64,000 bases of DNA from Octopus sinensis (GCF_006345805.1 NC_043009.1:37820001-37884000), one strand, 5' to 3'. Numbered from the stretch's first letter, positions 23,361-36,213 are shown. Made by a program: numbers and translations. Notes: generated by a model from the letters alone, not told the origin.

Positions 23361-24890
23361 TCTTTTCTACCAAAGGCATAAGGCCTGAATTTTGGTGGGA
23401 GGAGACTAGTCAATTATATCAACTCCAGTGTTTCACAGGTACTTAATTTATCAACCTTAAAAGGATGAAAGGCAAAGTCGACCTTGGTGGAATTTCAACT
23501 CAGAACACGAAGGCAGATGAAATACCGCAAAGCATTTCGCCTTGCATGCTAATGATTCTGCCAGCTCGCCACCTTGTATAATAATAATAATATAATAATA
23601 ATAATAATAATAATAATGATAATAATAATTCTTTCTAGTATAGGCACAAAGCCTGCAATTTTAGGGGAAGAGGTGAGTTGATTACACTGTTCCCAATGTT
23701 TAACTGATACTTATTTTATCAACCCCAAAAGGATGAAAAGCAAAGTTGACCTCAGTGGAATTTCATAAAGATGGACAAAATGGTGCTAAGCATTTTGCCT
23801 GGTGTGCTAATGATTCTGCAATGAATAATAACTTCAGATTTTGACACAGGATGAGTCGATTACACTGACCTCAGTGTTCAATTGGTACTTATTTTATCAA
23901 CCCCGAAAGAACGAAAAGCAAAGTTGACATCAGTGGCATTTGAACTCAGAATGTAAAGAACCGAAAGAAATGCCACTTAGCATGTTGTTCAGATTGACAA
24001 TGATTCTTCTAGCATGCCACCTTAATGATGATAATAATGATGATGATGATCATCATCATCATCACAATAATAATAACAATCCTTTCTACTGGAGGCACAA
24101 GGCCTCAAATTTGTGGGGAGGGGACTAGTCAATTACATTGAACCCAGTGTTTCACTGGTACTTAATTCATCAACCCCGAAAGGATGAAAGACAAAGTTGA
24201 CCTTGGCAGAATTTGAACTCAGATTAGAACAACATACCACTAAGTATTTTGTCCAGTGTGCTAACGATTCTGCCAGCTTGCGGCCTTTATAATAATAATG
24301 ATAATAATAATAATCCTTTCTACTATAGGCACAAGGCCTGAAATTTTGGGGTGGGGGCCAGTTGATTAAATCGACCTCAGTACTTAATTTATCGACCCCG
24401 AAAGGATGAAAAGCAAAGCTGATCTTGGCAGAATTTGAACTCAGAATGTAGCAATGGACAATGGACAAAATACCTATTTCTTTACTACCCATAAGGGGCT
24501 AAACACAGAGGGGACGAACAAGGACAGACAAACAGATTAAGTCGGTTATATCAACCCCAGTGCGTAACTGGTACTTATTTAATTGATCCTGAAAGGACGA
24601 AAGGCTAAGTCGACCTTGGCGGAATTTGAACTCAGAACGTAGCAGCAGACGAAATACCTATTTCTTTACTACCCACAAGGGGCTAGACACAGAGGGGACG
24701 AACAAGGACACACAAACAGATTAAGTCGATTATATTGACCCCAGTGCGTAACTGGTACTTATTTAATCGACCCTGAAAGGATGAAGGGCAAAGTCGACTT
24801 GGCGGAATTTGAACTCAGAACGTAGCGGCAGACGAAATACCGCTAAGCATTTTGGCATGCGTGCTAACGATTCTGCCAGCTTGCCACCTT
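23350..24890 (-). mobile_element. Head-to-tail array of about 8 family A / A' SINE units, mostly separated by (AAT)n
   Basis: Repeated ccccgaaaggatgaaaggcaaagt and gaatttgaactcagaa blocks, all in one orientation. Confidence 0.88.
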
Positions 24891-25565
24891 AATATTGATA
24901 ATCATACGTACAATATTTACTTTCAATATAAGAAGAAGGGTTACAAGACATAGTAATGACCTTCCAGACGTAATATACCATTAGATAATATTTGTCAAAA
25001 CTTCTTTTCAAATTATTCTTTTAGTAGAAGAAAAAAAAAAACAATAACAAAAAAATAAAAATAAAAAGAATTGATTCTCTTTTTGTATGAGCCATTAGAT
25101 TGTCTGTAAACAACATATCGTCTTGCAAAATACTGTATATCAAAATATGAATAGGCAATCGGCTAAAAACAATTTTGTTTGTTTTGTAATTATTGTTTTA
25201 TCAATGTGCATCGAGAATGAATTTTTTTTAAGGTGAAGTACATACTGAAGATGTTGGCTGATTTAAACAACAAGGTGGCTACTGACCAATGAAATAGAGA
25301 AGAGGAAGGAAGGAAGATTATTAGAAATTTTCTCAGCAATTTGCTGTTCATAATGTTTGCAATATGAAAACTATGACACATAAAAAATACTGAATCCTTA
25401 TAAGCTACTTGTGTACCAATTACAAAATATTATGTAATATAATATTGGCGTTTCCTGCTTTTGGAGGATGGTAGTTTCGGAAATATTAAGGTGGGGGCAA
25501 AGGGTGTTTTAGATGAATCTATGATCAAATTTGGTTTTTTGTTTTGCTATATTTCTCTTCAGACC

Positions 25566-26068
25566 TTTTTTTTTCCAATTCATTGTTTTATATTTCAAGA
25601 ATCAGGGGTGCAGGCATGGATGAGTGGTTAAAAAGTTCACTTGCCAATCATGTGGTTTCAGGTTCATTTCTCACTGGAGCCTTGGGAAAGTATATAGTTT
25701 CTGAAGCTCTGGGCTGACCAAAGCCTTGTGAGTGAGTTTGTTAGATGCAACCTGAAATTTGCTTGTGTGTGTAATACATACATACATATATATATATCAT
25801 CATCATCATTGGACGCTAAACGATGATGATGATGATGATATATATATATGTATGTATGTATTACACACACAAGCAAATTTCAGGTTGCATCTAACAAACT
25901 CACTCACAAGGCTTTGGTCAGCCCAGAGCTTCAGAAACTATATGCTTTCCCAAGGCTCCAGTGAGAAATGAACCTGAAACCACATGATTGGGAAATGAAC
26001 TTTTTAACCACCCATCCATGCCTGCACCCTGATTCTTGAAATATAAAACAATGAATTGGAAAAAAAAA
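25566..26068. repeat. Fold-back palindrome: arms 25566-25809 and 25823-26068, 13-nt spacer
   Basis: Arms are reverse complements with only a handful of mismatches or indels; they include SINE B, microsatellite and unique flank; the mirrored ORFs 25664-25876(-) and 25759-25971(+) confirm it. Confidence 0.97.
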
Positions 26069-26090
26069 AAAATACAATGAATTGGAAAAT

Positions 26091-26486
26091 ACAAGTAAAA
26101 TGCCCCCTGTCCAATGGACGGTGCTGAGTTGTCAAACATTAAAACCAAATTTTCTCAAAACAACTTGTCTGGCCGTCCCATAGGCCCTCTCCCCTTTGAG
26201 AAACACTGATTTAACCTAAATTTGAGACACCAGCAAAAGAAGAAATAAAGATAGACATTTTTTCTATTCCAAGAAAAACGATTTTACAAATGCATGTTCC
26301 CATGGCTTTATTGATCGCATTCTCACTTAGAATCGATTTTTGTAATATTTCCAAGACTTATACACGCCCTGATACAGTCGGTATCTACATATCAAATTTG
26401 AGCGCAATCGGGTAGAGGATGCCCGAGATCCTAGAAGACACACACACACACACACAGACAGACAGAACGGATTTTATATAATAGAT
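26091..26486 (+). mobile_element. Helitron/Helentron-like non-autonomous element (5' part also at about 7990-8205, - strand)
   Basis: Starts acaag; ends aaatttgagcgcaatcgg..(AC/ACAG)n..ttttatataatagat, an architecture typical of invertebrate Helitron-like repeats; second copy is closely similar. Confidence 0.45.
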
Positions 26487-26499
26487 ATATATACAGAGA

Positions 26500-26502
<3 letters not shown>

Positions 26503-26595
<93 letters not shown>

Positions 26596-26596
26596 T

Positions 26597-26670
<74 letters not shown>
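26503..26670. repeat. Long (AG)n polypurine tract (others at 17625-17690, 47128-47165 and 60836-60928); complex (AT)/(AC) tract at 41200-41540
   Basis: Direct reading. Confidence 0.95.
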
Positions 26671-26673
<3 letters not shown>

Positions 26674-29284
26674 AAAGACTTGAACTTGATAGTCCTTTAT
26701 TTCATCAGTTTCTGTATTTAGTAATACTGAAACTTATATAACAGGTGAAATAAAGATCTACCAAGTACAAACCCATGTTCTTTTTTTTTTCATTATTGAT
26801 GTGCTCTTTATATTATGTCATACAGCCCTCATCAGACTGCATAGAACCATGTGTAACCACACAACAGTGGAAGTTTAATGTGACAAACAATAAGAGCCAA
26901 AACTTGAAAAATTAAAATTGCTGTGTACTGAATTCATTCTTTCCTACTAGTGTGTGTGTGTGTGTGTGTGTGTGATCAGCAGAACAGCAGTAGCATCTTT
27001 TAACATTAATCTTCCCTATTGGCATGAGTTGGACAGCTCGACAGACTCTGACATATCAGAGGACTGCATCATATTCCGATGTCTGCTTTCACATTGTTTC
27101 TACAGCTGGATGCACTTCCTAAGGCCAGCCACTTTTCAGAGCGTACTGGGTGATTTTTTTTTTGTGGCACCAACATTAATGAGGTTGCCATGTGGCTTAC
27201 AAGATCACAAATCTCTTCAAATGAGTGGGACTACAGCATAGTAGTCCCACTTGTGCAATGAAAGTATGTTCATGTCTCCTAGTCTTCATATTGCATATTC
27301 ATAGTGAACAAACCTCACTGTCATACAAGTAATGTCATTTGTTTGCAATCTTCTGTGAAAACATGTCTAGCCATTGTGCTGTTTGTCTTGATGATAGGAA
27401 GAGCATCTGGCCATAGGAAAGTCTTCTTATTTTTTCACTGCCCACAAGGGGCTACACACAGAGGGGACAAACAAGGACAGACAAACGAATTAAGTCGATT
27501 ATATCGACCCCAGTGCGTAACAGGTACTTATTTATTCGACCCCGAAAGGATGAAAGGCAAAGTTGACCTCGACGTAATTTGAACTCAGAACGTAGCGGCA
27601 GACGAAATATCGCTAAGCATTTCCCCCGGCGTGCTAACATTTCTGCCAGCTCGCCGCCTTAAAATCTGCTCCAACAAATTTTGCATGACCCATGCAAGCA
27701 TGGAAAAGTGGACATTAAAACAACGAGGATGTTGATGATGAAATCAACGACATACACAGAAACTCTAGACATTTGATATTAAAATTCTAAATGATGGTTT
27801 CAAAGACAAGGATAACAAAACAAGCTAAAAAACAAACAAATGAAAAAGCCACATGATACTGCTTTTATCAACCTCAAACAACAGTTTTGTTAAACCTTAA
27901 TTCACACAAAATACTTTATGGCACCTTGTCAAAAGCTATCAAAAAACACAAAAGTAAAGGTTATTTATATTTTTCTTATGTACTTTTCAACAAACTTCTT
28001 TTGCAACAATCTAACAAAGAATATAACATCTGTTTGTTTCAATTCTACTCTGAACTAGCTTGGGGCCATGACACTCCAATTTCTCATAATTTAATCACCC
28101 AGACACTGCTGCTCTATAAGCAAAAGCAGAACCTGGAAAAGAGATTAAATGTCATAAACAGACTTAGGATATCAAGTTGCATATTGTATGCTGCCATCGT
28201 TGTCATCATCATCATCATCATCATAACCATTGTCTTCCCCATCATCATCGTTTTCATCATCATCTTCATCACTGTCATTATTGTAGTTTTTGTTGTCGTC
28301 CAATCATCATCATATTAAATATCCACTTTTCTTATCCTTGCAAGGGACAGATAGATTTTGTTGAGGCAGATTTTTTTACATTCAGGGTGTTCTTCCCGTT
28401 ACCAGCCCCCATTTATTTCCAAGCAAGGCTAATACTCCCACTTGGTCATATATGTTTTCCCAGAAGAGATTACATAAAAATGCCTGGCCATGGAGAAATA
28501 TTACCTTGCTTACAAATATCGAATTATGTTGTAAAAGCTAAATAAAAGTGTAGTTGCCCTTGTATACAAGCTTGTCCCTGGCAACCCTCTTCAGCTGAGC
28601 ATTCCTAATCTTGTGGGCTTGTAAGTGCTGGTGCCATGTAAAAAAACACCTGAGCCAGTGTTGCGTAAAAACACCCAGTACTACGCGCCTTCACTAGTCA
28701 GTTAAGGTGAGACAGTGTCATGTGACAATTTGCTGGGGCTGCCTGCTGGAGCCTATGCAGCAGGTATTTAAAGGGAAAAATTTGACAAGACAGTCAGTCA
28801 CCGGCTGACACTCACTGACGATACATCGAAGAGGCCAGAGAACAGAAGTAAGAAGACATGCACCCAACACCAGAGCTGAAGACACCTCCGAAAGGGGGGG
28901 CCCTGCCACGTCAAAACAGTAGAGGAGTAGGGGCCGAAACCGGACGTGGTTCCTCCTGATGATGTCTTGAGCTAACTGGATCCTATAAAGGAGCTGTTGT
29001 GGTAGCAGACCATGAAACACAGTTGTAATTCCTCCTGGAAAGTGGTTGGCATTAGGAAGGATAACCAGCCATAGAAACCATGCCAAAACAGGCATGGAGC
29101 TTGAACAGCGTATTTCAACAGAAATATGGTAACGAAGAGGGTTAACCTTTTTGAGACTGCCTCTGGTTCTGACACCAACTCCTTGTTTCAAAGTGATTTA
29201 AATGATTTAAATTAAAATCTTCCATCAAAAACTTCATGTTAATTTATGTTCCAAATGCTAGCTTAACAATGACAAAGATATTTT

Positions 29285-29654
29285 ACTCTTTTACTTGTTT
29301 CAGTCAGTTGACTGTGGCCATGCTGGAGCACTGCCTTTAGTCGAGCACATCGACCCCAGGACTTATTCTTTGTAAGCCTAGTACTTATTCTATCGGTCTC
29401 TTTTGCCGAACCGCTAAGTTACGGGGACGTAAACACACCGGCATCGGTTGTCATGTGATGTTGGGGGGACAAACACAGACACACATACACATATATACGA
29501 CAGGCTTCTTTCAGTTTCCGTCTGCCAAATCCAGTCACAAGGCTTTGGTCGGCCCAAGGCTATAGTAGAAGACACTTGCCCAAGGTACCGCGCAGTGGGA
29601 CTGAACCCGGAACCATGTGGTTGGTAAGCAAGCTACTTACCACACAGCCACTCC
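29285..29654 (-). mobile_element. Full-length SINE family B inserted into a TTAA MITE
   Basis: Family B motifs in reverse; MITE sequence resumes after 29654. Confidence 0.88.
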
Positions 29655-29891
29655 TAAATTCATTTAAATAAAGGCAGAGTGTTTTGACAGAAATATAACA
29701 AAAGTGTTAAAAACTGAATTGTACTTTTAAACAACATATCTGGGGTTGAAGTTCTGAAGCTTCTGAAAAATTTGATGTAACTCTAAATTGCCATTATCAT
29801 AGAGTTGCAGAATTGTAATATGGTATAATGGGTTAAAAGAAATCCAGATTTTTATGTTTGTTATTTTTCAATGAAGTGTAATGGAAACAGT

Positions 29892-30230
29892 CTGAGACCC
29901 CCTTCGGTCATGACACTGACCATGGGATTGCACCTAGGACGTTACTCTCCCAGGCACAAGTCCGGGCAAGGTTATTTATGGAAGACCAACAGTCGCCCAT
30001 GCATACCGGCCTCCCCTCTCCATGCCACCAGTGTTATCCAAGGGAAAGGCAAGGGCCGATACAGCTTGGCACCTGTGACATCGCAACTCATTTCTACAGC
30101 TGACTGAACTGGAGCAACGTGAAATAAAGTGTCTTGCTCAAGAACACAACACGCAGCCCGGTCCGGGATTCGAGCTCACAACCTCACGATCGTAAGCTCA
30201 CGCTCTAACCACTTAGCCATGCACCTTCAC
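29892..30230 (-). mobile_element. Full-length tRNA-headed CORE-type SINE (family C here) with 12-bp TSD
   Basis: TSD aatggaaacagt at 29880-29891 and 30231-30242; tRNA-like head with A/B boxes; CORE-like tgtgttcttgagcaagacacttt segment. Confidence 0.88.
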
Positions 30231-31333
30231 AATGGAAACAGTAATAATACAAAGAAAAAGTTTAAAATATTTTAAAAGAGCATCTGATGGTTTGGCAGTC
30301 TTAGAGTCAAGTAATTATGTTTTGGCAGTTTAACCTTTTTGACGCCAATTTGCCTGAGACCAGCCCCTAGCTCTATGATAAAACTTCCTGTTTTAAAGTG
30401 GTCTAAATTAATATCGTCCATCAGAATTTCGTGTTAATTTATACCTCACATTACCAGCTTGGTAAGGACAAAGTTATTTTATGGAATTTATCAATACTTT
30501 CAAAAATTATTGAAACAAAGGCAATATTTCTCAACAGAAAGATGGTAACAAAGGGTTAGGTAGCACAAGTGATTAGAACTATTGGAACCCTTGTAAAAGA
30601 CGGAAGCTACCAATTTTTTTTTTTTTACTGCATTCCTGGAGGCTATGTATTTAACAGCTATATCCAGTGCCATGTTGCAGGAAGACAAAAATTAAAAAAA
30701 AACTAAAAACAAAAATATTTCCATTTAAAAAATATTCATAGCTACTTAGTACGTTTGAGAAAAATCAATAAACTTTTTACATTAGAACTGTTTTTAAAAG
30801 ACATTTCTAAATAACTATTTAGCAAACTGGTTTTATATTCTAAATGAAGACACAGATAATGTTTTGGTTTTGCAAATTAAGATATTTTTGAAAAGTACAA
30901 CTTAAAGAAGCATTTCAAACTGTAAAGAGATATTAGTTGAGAATAGAGTAAACATACATCAAACATATTGTATAATCAAAAAAAAAAAAAAATAAATAAT
31001 AATAATAATAATAATAAGAGTATAAGTACAGGCATAACTGTGTAGGTAAAAGAGTGCATTGAGATGTTAGCTGAGTGACTGGATTCAAAATGATAGGAAA
31101 GTGGTATGCTGGCAGAATCGTTAGCACGCCGGGCGAAATGCTTAGCGGTATTTCGTCTGCCGTTATGTTCTGAGTTCAAATTCTGCCGAGGTCGACTTTG
31201 CCTTTCATCCTTTCAGGGTCAATAAATTAAGTACCAGTTACGCACTGGGGTTGATGTAATCGACTTAATCCGTGTGTCTGTCCTTGTTTGTCCCCTCTGT
31301 GTTTAGCCCCTTGTGGGTAGTAAAGAAATAGGT

Positions 31334-31841
31334 ATGAATATGAACCAGAGGCTGTGATGGAAAATAAGAATTACAGGATTTTGCAGGGTTTTCCATTAAG
31401 AATGATCACATGATGGTGTCCAAGGATGGTCACAGCCTTTGGGCTGGAACAATAGAGGACGTACTATTTAATCAAGGATACCAGATACCAAGAGAAACAG
31501 TTTAAGGTCATAGACTTTGCAATACTATAAAATGATAGAGTGGACGCCAAAGAAATTGACCAAACCAGAGAGATGCAGAGATTATTGAAGACCAAGACAA
31601 TAATTATTACTTTGGTAACTGATGCATTTGGCACAACTCTCAGACTGCTGCCAAACAGGCAGAAAAATATCGAGATAGAAACTTGCATTGTAAACCTGCA
31701 GGAAAAGTGCAATTCTTTATTTTGTAAGGATCCTAAGAAAGATTCATGAGTTTTGAAGAGATTTGTTGTCACCAAACTTCACATTCCTTCTAACTAATAT
31801 AGCATGTAATAATAATAATAATAATAACAATAATAATAATA
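31334..31841 (+). mobile_element. Dong/R4-clade LINE 3' end (restriction-like endonuclease) with (AAT)n tail
   Basis: YEPEAVMENKNYRIL..FKVIDFAI..DRVDAKEI..QEKSAILYFVRILRKIHEF* (with frameshifts) fits the R4/Dong REL C-terminus; followed by TAA repeats. Confidence 0.75.
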
Positions 31842-32338
31842 AGTTATCATGTACATTGTTTTGTCTTGGTATAAAAGATGGGCTACAGCAAATATTCTGC
31901 TCAATACCACAGATTTGCTTGTCAGTTGTTTGACCGTAACCAGTTGAGCATGTCCCTTAGTGGCTGACGATATGTGCATCTCTGATCACGAGCAGAAGTA
32001 GTGAGGGAGCATCATAGCCATGTGTTGAGAGGGATTCTTTGGGGTTTGAATAATTCACCTCTGGAAACATGGGTGGTTCTTTCAACATCCTTAAACAACC
32101 CTTATTCAGGGACCTTTTGAGCGAGATGGGCTACTCAACCTGAAGAAAATTCTAACTGGGCCCCACCTGCAAGGTCATGTGCTGTTTATCTTGATATGAG
32201 ATCACCATGTCGCGCACATATGGTTGTGATGCATGTGCCTGGTGTACCCTTATCAGACGGGTAGTCATGATGGGTATATTGGGCTTTGTATATTTTACCC
32301 CAGTGTCACTTTGATGGCATGCACTGCTCTCTCACTCA
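31842..32338. mobile_element. About 500-bp unclassified interspersed element embedded in (AAT)n
   Basis: GC-richer non-coding block bounded by AAT arrays on both sides; class not determinable here. Confidence 0.5.
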
Positions 32339-34039
32339 ATAATAATAATAATAACAATAATAATAATAAAAATAACAATAATAATAATAATAATAATAAC
32401 AATAATAATCCTTTCTACTATAAGCACAAAGCCTCAAATTTTGGGGCAAGGAGTTAGATGATTAGATCAATTCCAGGGCTCAACTAGTACTTATTTTATT
32501 GACCCTGAAAGAATGAAAGGTAAAGCCGGCCTTGGCAGAATTTGAACTCAGAATGTAAAAAGCTGGAAGAAATGCAGCTAAGCAATTCATTTAACACACT
32601 AACGATTCTGCCAGCTCACTGCCTTAATAATAATAATAATAATAATAATAATATAATACTATCTAATGAACAATAAAGCTGTAATTTGGTAAATGACATA
32701 TTTTTTTCCTCTACTGGCATGGCAAGAATGGTTCAGAGAACATTTAGCTATTTTAGCAATAAATAGTTTGGTGCAAATACAGTTATAGATTGATGTACTT
32801 CCCTCACCCTGCCCCCCATCATTAACCATTCAACAATGAAAATGGAATTGCACTTATTTTCAGCTCAGCTAATAAATATTTTTATCTCTTTTTTTACTTT
32901 TTTAACCCTTGTGATACCAAAACACCTGAACCAGCTCTAGTAACAAAATTTTTTGTTATAAAAATATTCGTATTCAAATTAAAAATTTCCATAACAATTT
33001 TAAGTGGGATCATTTTGTTAACTTACATTCCAAACAGCAGCTGAATCATGGAATGGAAAAGTTAATTAGTTAACCAAATTCCTCAAATTCTTGATTATTT
33101 TTCACAATTCAAACACAGTATATTTTGTTAGAAATATGGTTATAAAACGGTCGAGCTAGTGGATTGGCAGAATTAACAGCATCAGATCAAATACATTGTG
33201 ATACTTACTCATGTCTTTTACACCCCGAGTTGGAATCCTACTGAAGTTAGCTGGTTTCTTTTATTCCTCTAGGGTGCATAAAATAAGCACTGCGCAATTC
33301 CTAGAGTTGATTGAATTGGCTGTTTCATCCTCCAGATAGTTGTGGCTTTGTGCCAAAGTTTGAAATCAATATTCCTTCATTAGGGGCAAAGAATAGCTAC
33401 AGCGAGATTTGAACTGATTTTTTTTATTATATCTTACAACAGAATTAAGAATAAAGTAAGACATTCTCAAGGACAGCACTTTGAGCAGTCTCTTTTGATT
33501 GGAGGTAGTTCTCATGTAATAAGAACAATATGCTAAGTTGATCCTGTTACACTATGTTCCTGTTAAAGTGGAGAATGGGTTAAATGTCATATCTGCCAGA
33601 TTCCTTGCTAAAGCAGTAATGAACAATATATGCAGGTAAAGAAGACGAAATATAAAAATTAGACAACTGATCATATTACAGCTTTGTAGCCAAGTGTATT
33701 TATGTCCCAAAGGCGGCAAGCTGGCAGAATTGTTAGCACACCGGGCAAAATGCTTAGCGGTATTTCTTCTGCCGTTACGTTCTGAGTTCAAATTCTGCCG
33801 AGGTTGACTTTGTCTTTCATCCTTTTGGGGTCGATTAAGTACCACTTACGCACTGGGGTCGATATAATTGACTTAATCCATGTGTCTGTCCTTGTTTGTC
33901 CTCTCTGTGTTTAGCCCCTTGTGGGTAGTAAAGAAATAGGTATCCATGTCCCATTGTTAATGGTGTCCCCCATAGCTGCTGTTTATTTTTGTTTTAAATT
34001 GCAACAAAACAAAACAAAATAAAAAAACGATTTCCCAAT

Positions 34040-34493
34040 GAAATGAGCATGTGACGAACCCAGCACTTCTTGTGAATGAGCAAAGCCTAAATTCGTTACA
34101 GTTGAAGAAATTATTGATGATATTTATTCTTCAGATGAAGAGTTTACATTTACACTAGCAATGAGAGTGATTCAGACAATCAAACTGGTGAAAGTAATAA
34201 AGAAAGTAATGAGTCGAGTGAACAAATACATTAGTTGAGTGAGATAGGCCTATTATTGTTATTCTCCTGAATTTTTTTTTGTGATTCTGTCCATAAGTTT
34301 GGTTAACAAATATAGTAGTTGAGTGAGAGATAGGCTTATTATTGTTATTCTCCTGAATATTTTTGTGTTTCTGTCCATTAGTTTGCCTGGAATCATTACT
34401 CTTCCGCTGTATAAACAACTACTTATTTTTTTTCCTTATCACCCCAGGTGGAGGACAAAGCAAGACACAAGGGCCCAGGTCTGAGAGGGTTAA
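34040..34493 (+). mobile_element. Possible internally deleted piggyBac-like element with an internal tandem duplication of about 80 bp
   Basis: TVEEIIDDIYSSDEEF / SNESDSD acidic start; ends gagagggttaa; agttgagtgagataggc.tattattgttattctcctgaat occurs twice. Confidence 0.35.
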
Positions 34494-35742
34494 TCTTTTT
34501 CAATTAACCGAGAAAAATAATTAAGAATTTAGAGGAATTTGGTAAAACAACCAGCTATTTCATTCCATGATTTCAGCTGGTATTTGGAGCATAACATTAT
34601 GACCTAACAAAATTATTATGCAAGCTTTTAATTTAAATATGAATCCTTCAAAACTAGAGTTTTGTTTCATAGAACCAGAACTAGTCTCACTTGTGTTGGT
34701 ATCAAAAGGGAAGAAAAAAATGCAACTTAATTTCACAAACTAAAAATGGAATAGTAACTAAATGGTAAAGAATTCTGCACTGAAAGTTTGCCCAAACTTC
34801 ATGAAAAATATAGAAAACCTGCCTGCAAGAGTAAGGAAATTTTGACTCTAAGACATTTGTCGATGCTACTCAGCAACAGTTTTCTCACAGTCTGCACAAA
34901 TATTTATTTAAAGGAGAACCATACGGTTAGTTACCTTTGTGCTAATTGATTATACATATTTATAATTTATAGATATTTTCAGTCAGAAATCAGCAGCTAA
35001 ATTCCATTAAGCAGACAAAAATCAGATTTAAGAAAATATAAAAATAAAACAACAACAACAACAACAATAATAATAATAAACAAAAATCATTAATTCTGTA
35101 GTAATGTCTTAAGCAAATAAAAAGCATAGAAAATTGCATAATAACTTATTTATATGTGCAGACATAATGGAAAAAAAAACATTAAGAGGAAATAATTTAT
35201 TCAAATTTTTACATGTAATGGAAAAGATCTGGCGACACATTGACTTGAAAAATTGTCTGTTGTTACTTCATATTCTAAACTTTAACCTCAGTAAAATTAC
35301 TGAGTATCTCTTTGCTTCACAGACCTAGTTGTGTTCATCAACTGTGGCACAACTTAGAGCATGAATGCTATCTCTGATCAGAGGACACCATCGATCATTG
35401 AAACTATTTAAGATGACATAGCATAATGGACAATAATCGTCATCGTTGTTGTTGTTGTCGTTGCTTTCATTTAACATCCAATTTTTTCATGTTGGCATGA
35501 GTTGGACAGTTTGACAAGAAGCAGTGAGCCAAAGAGCTGCACCAAGCTCCAGTGTCTTGCTTTGCCATGGCTTCCTGCCTAATGCTAACTACTTCAATGA
35601 AATTTCATTAAACCGAAATCTAACACAAACAAAATACACTCCTCCCCATTGACACCCCAAGCTGTTTGAAGACACACATTGGCTGAAACAGTCTGGATAC
35701 GATCACTAAAGTCAAGTAGTACTTCACATCTCTAGTAATACA

Positions 35743-36132
35743 GAAGTGGCTGTGTGGTAAGTAGCTTGTTTACCAGCCACATGGTTCCAGGCTCAGTCCC
35801 ACTGCGTGGCACCTTGGGCAAGTGTCTTCTACTATAGCCTCGGGCCGACCAAAGCCTTGTGAGTGGATTTGGTAGACGGAAACTGAAAGAAGCCCGTCGT
35901 ATATATGTATATATATATATATATGCGTGTGTGTGTTTGTCCCCCTAGCATTGCTTGACAACTGATGCTGGTGTGTTTATGTCCCCGTTACTTAGCGGTT
36001 CGGCAAAAGAGACCGATAGAATAAGTACTGGGCTTACAAAAGAATAAGTCCCGGGGTCGAGTTGCTCGATTAAAGGCGGTGCTCCAGCATGGCCTCAGTC
36101 AAATGACTGAAACGAGTAAAGAGTAAAGAGTA
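35743..36132 (+). mobile_element. Full-length SINE family B, about 80 bp from the exon C donor
   Basis: Same head, body and tail motifs as 16626-17011. Confidence 0.9.
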
Positions 36133-36213
36133 TCTAAAAATACAAAAACAGAACTATAGCAACGCCACAGCCTTGGCCTGGAACACATAAAAGAATAAAG
36201 GAACTACACTTAC

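Noticed and set aside
26385-26741. LS- and RE-repeat ORFs (also 60746-60994 and 17615-18004)
   Set aside because: Translations of (AG)n tracts.
28810-28970. Hammerhead-like words (CTGACGA, CTGAAGA..GAAA, GAAAC..CTGATGA)
   Set aside because: Required stems cannot be formed: no stem II pairing in the first two, and only 4 nt available for stem I in the third.
28718-29191. 157-aa minus-strand ORF
   Set aside because: Spans a MITE end, family D repeat and the GC-rich insert; no domain; a chance ORF across unrelated repeats.
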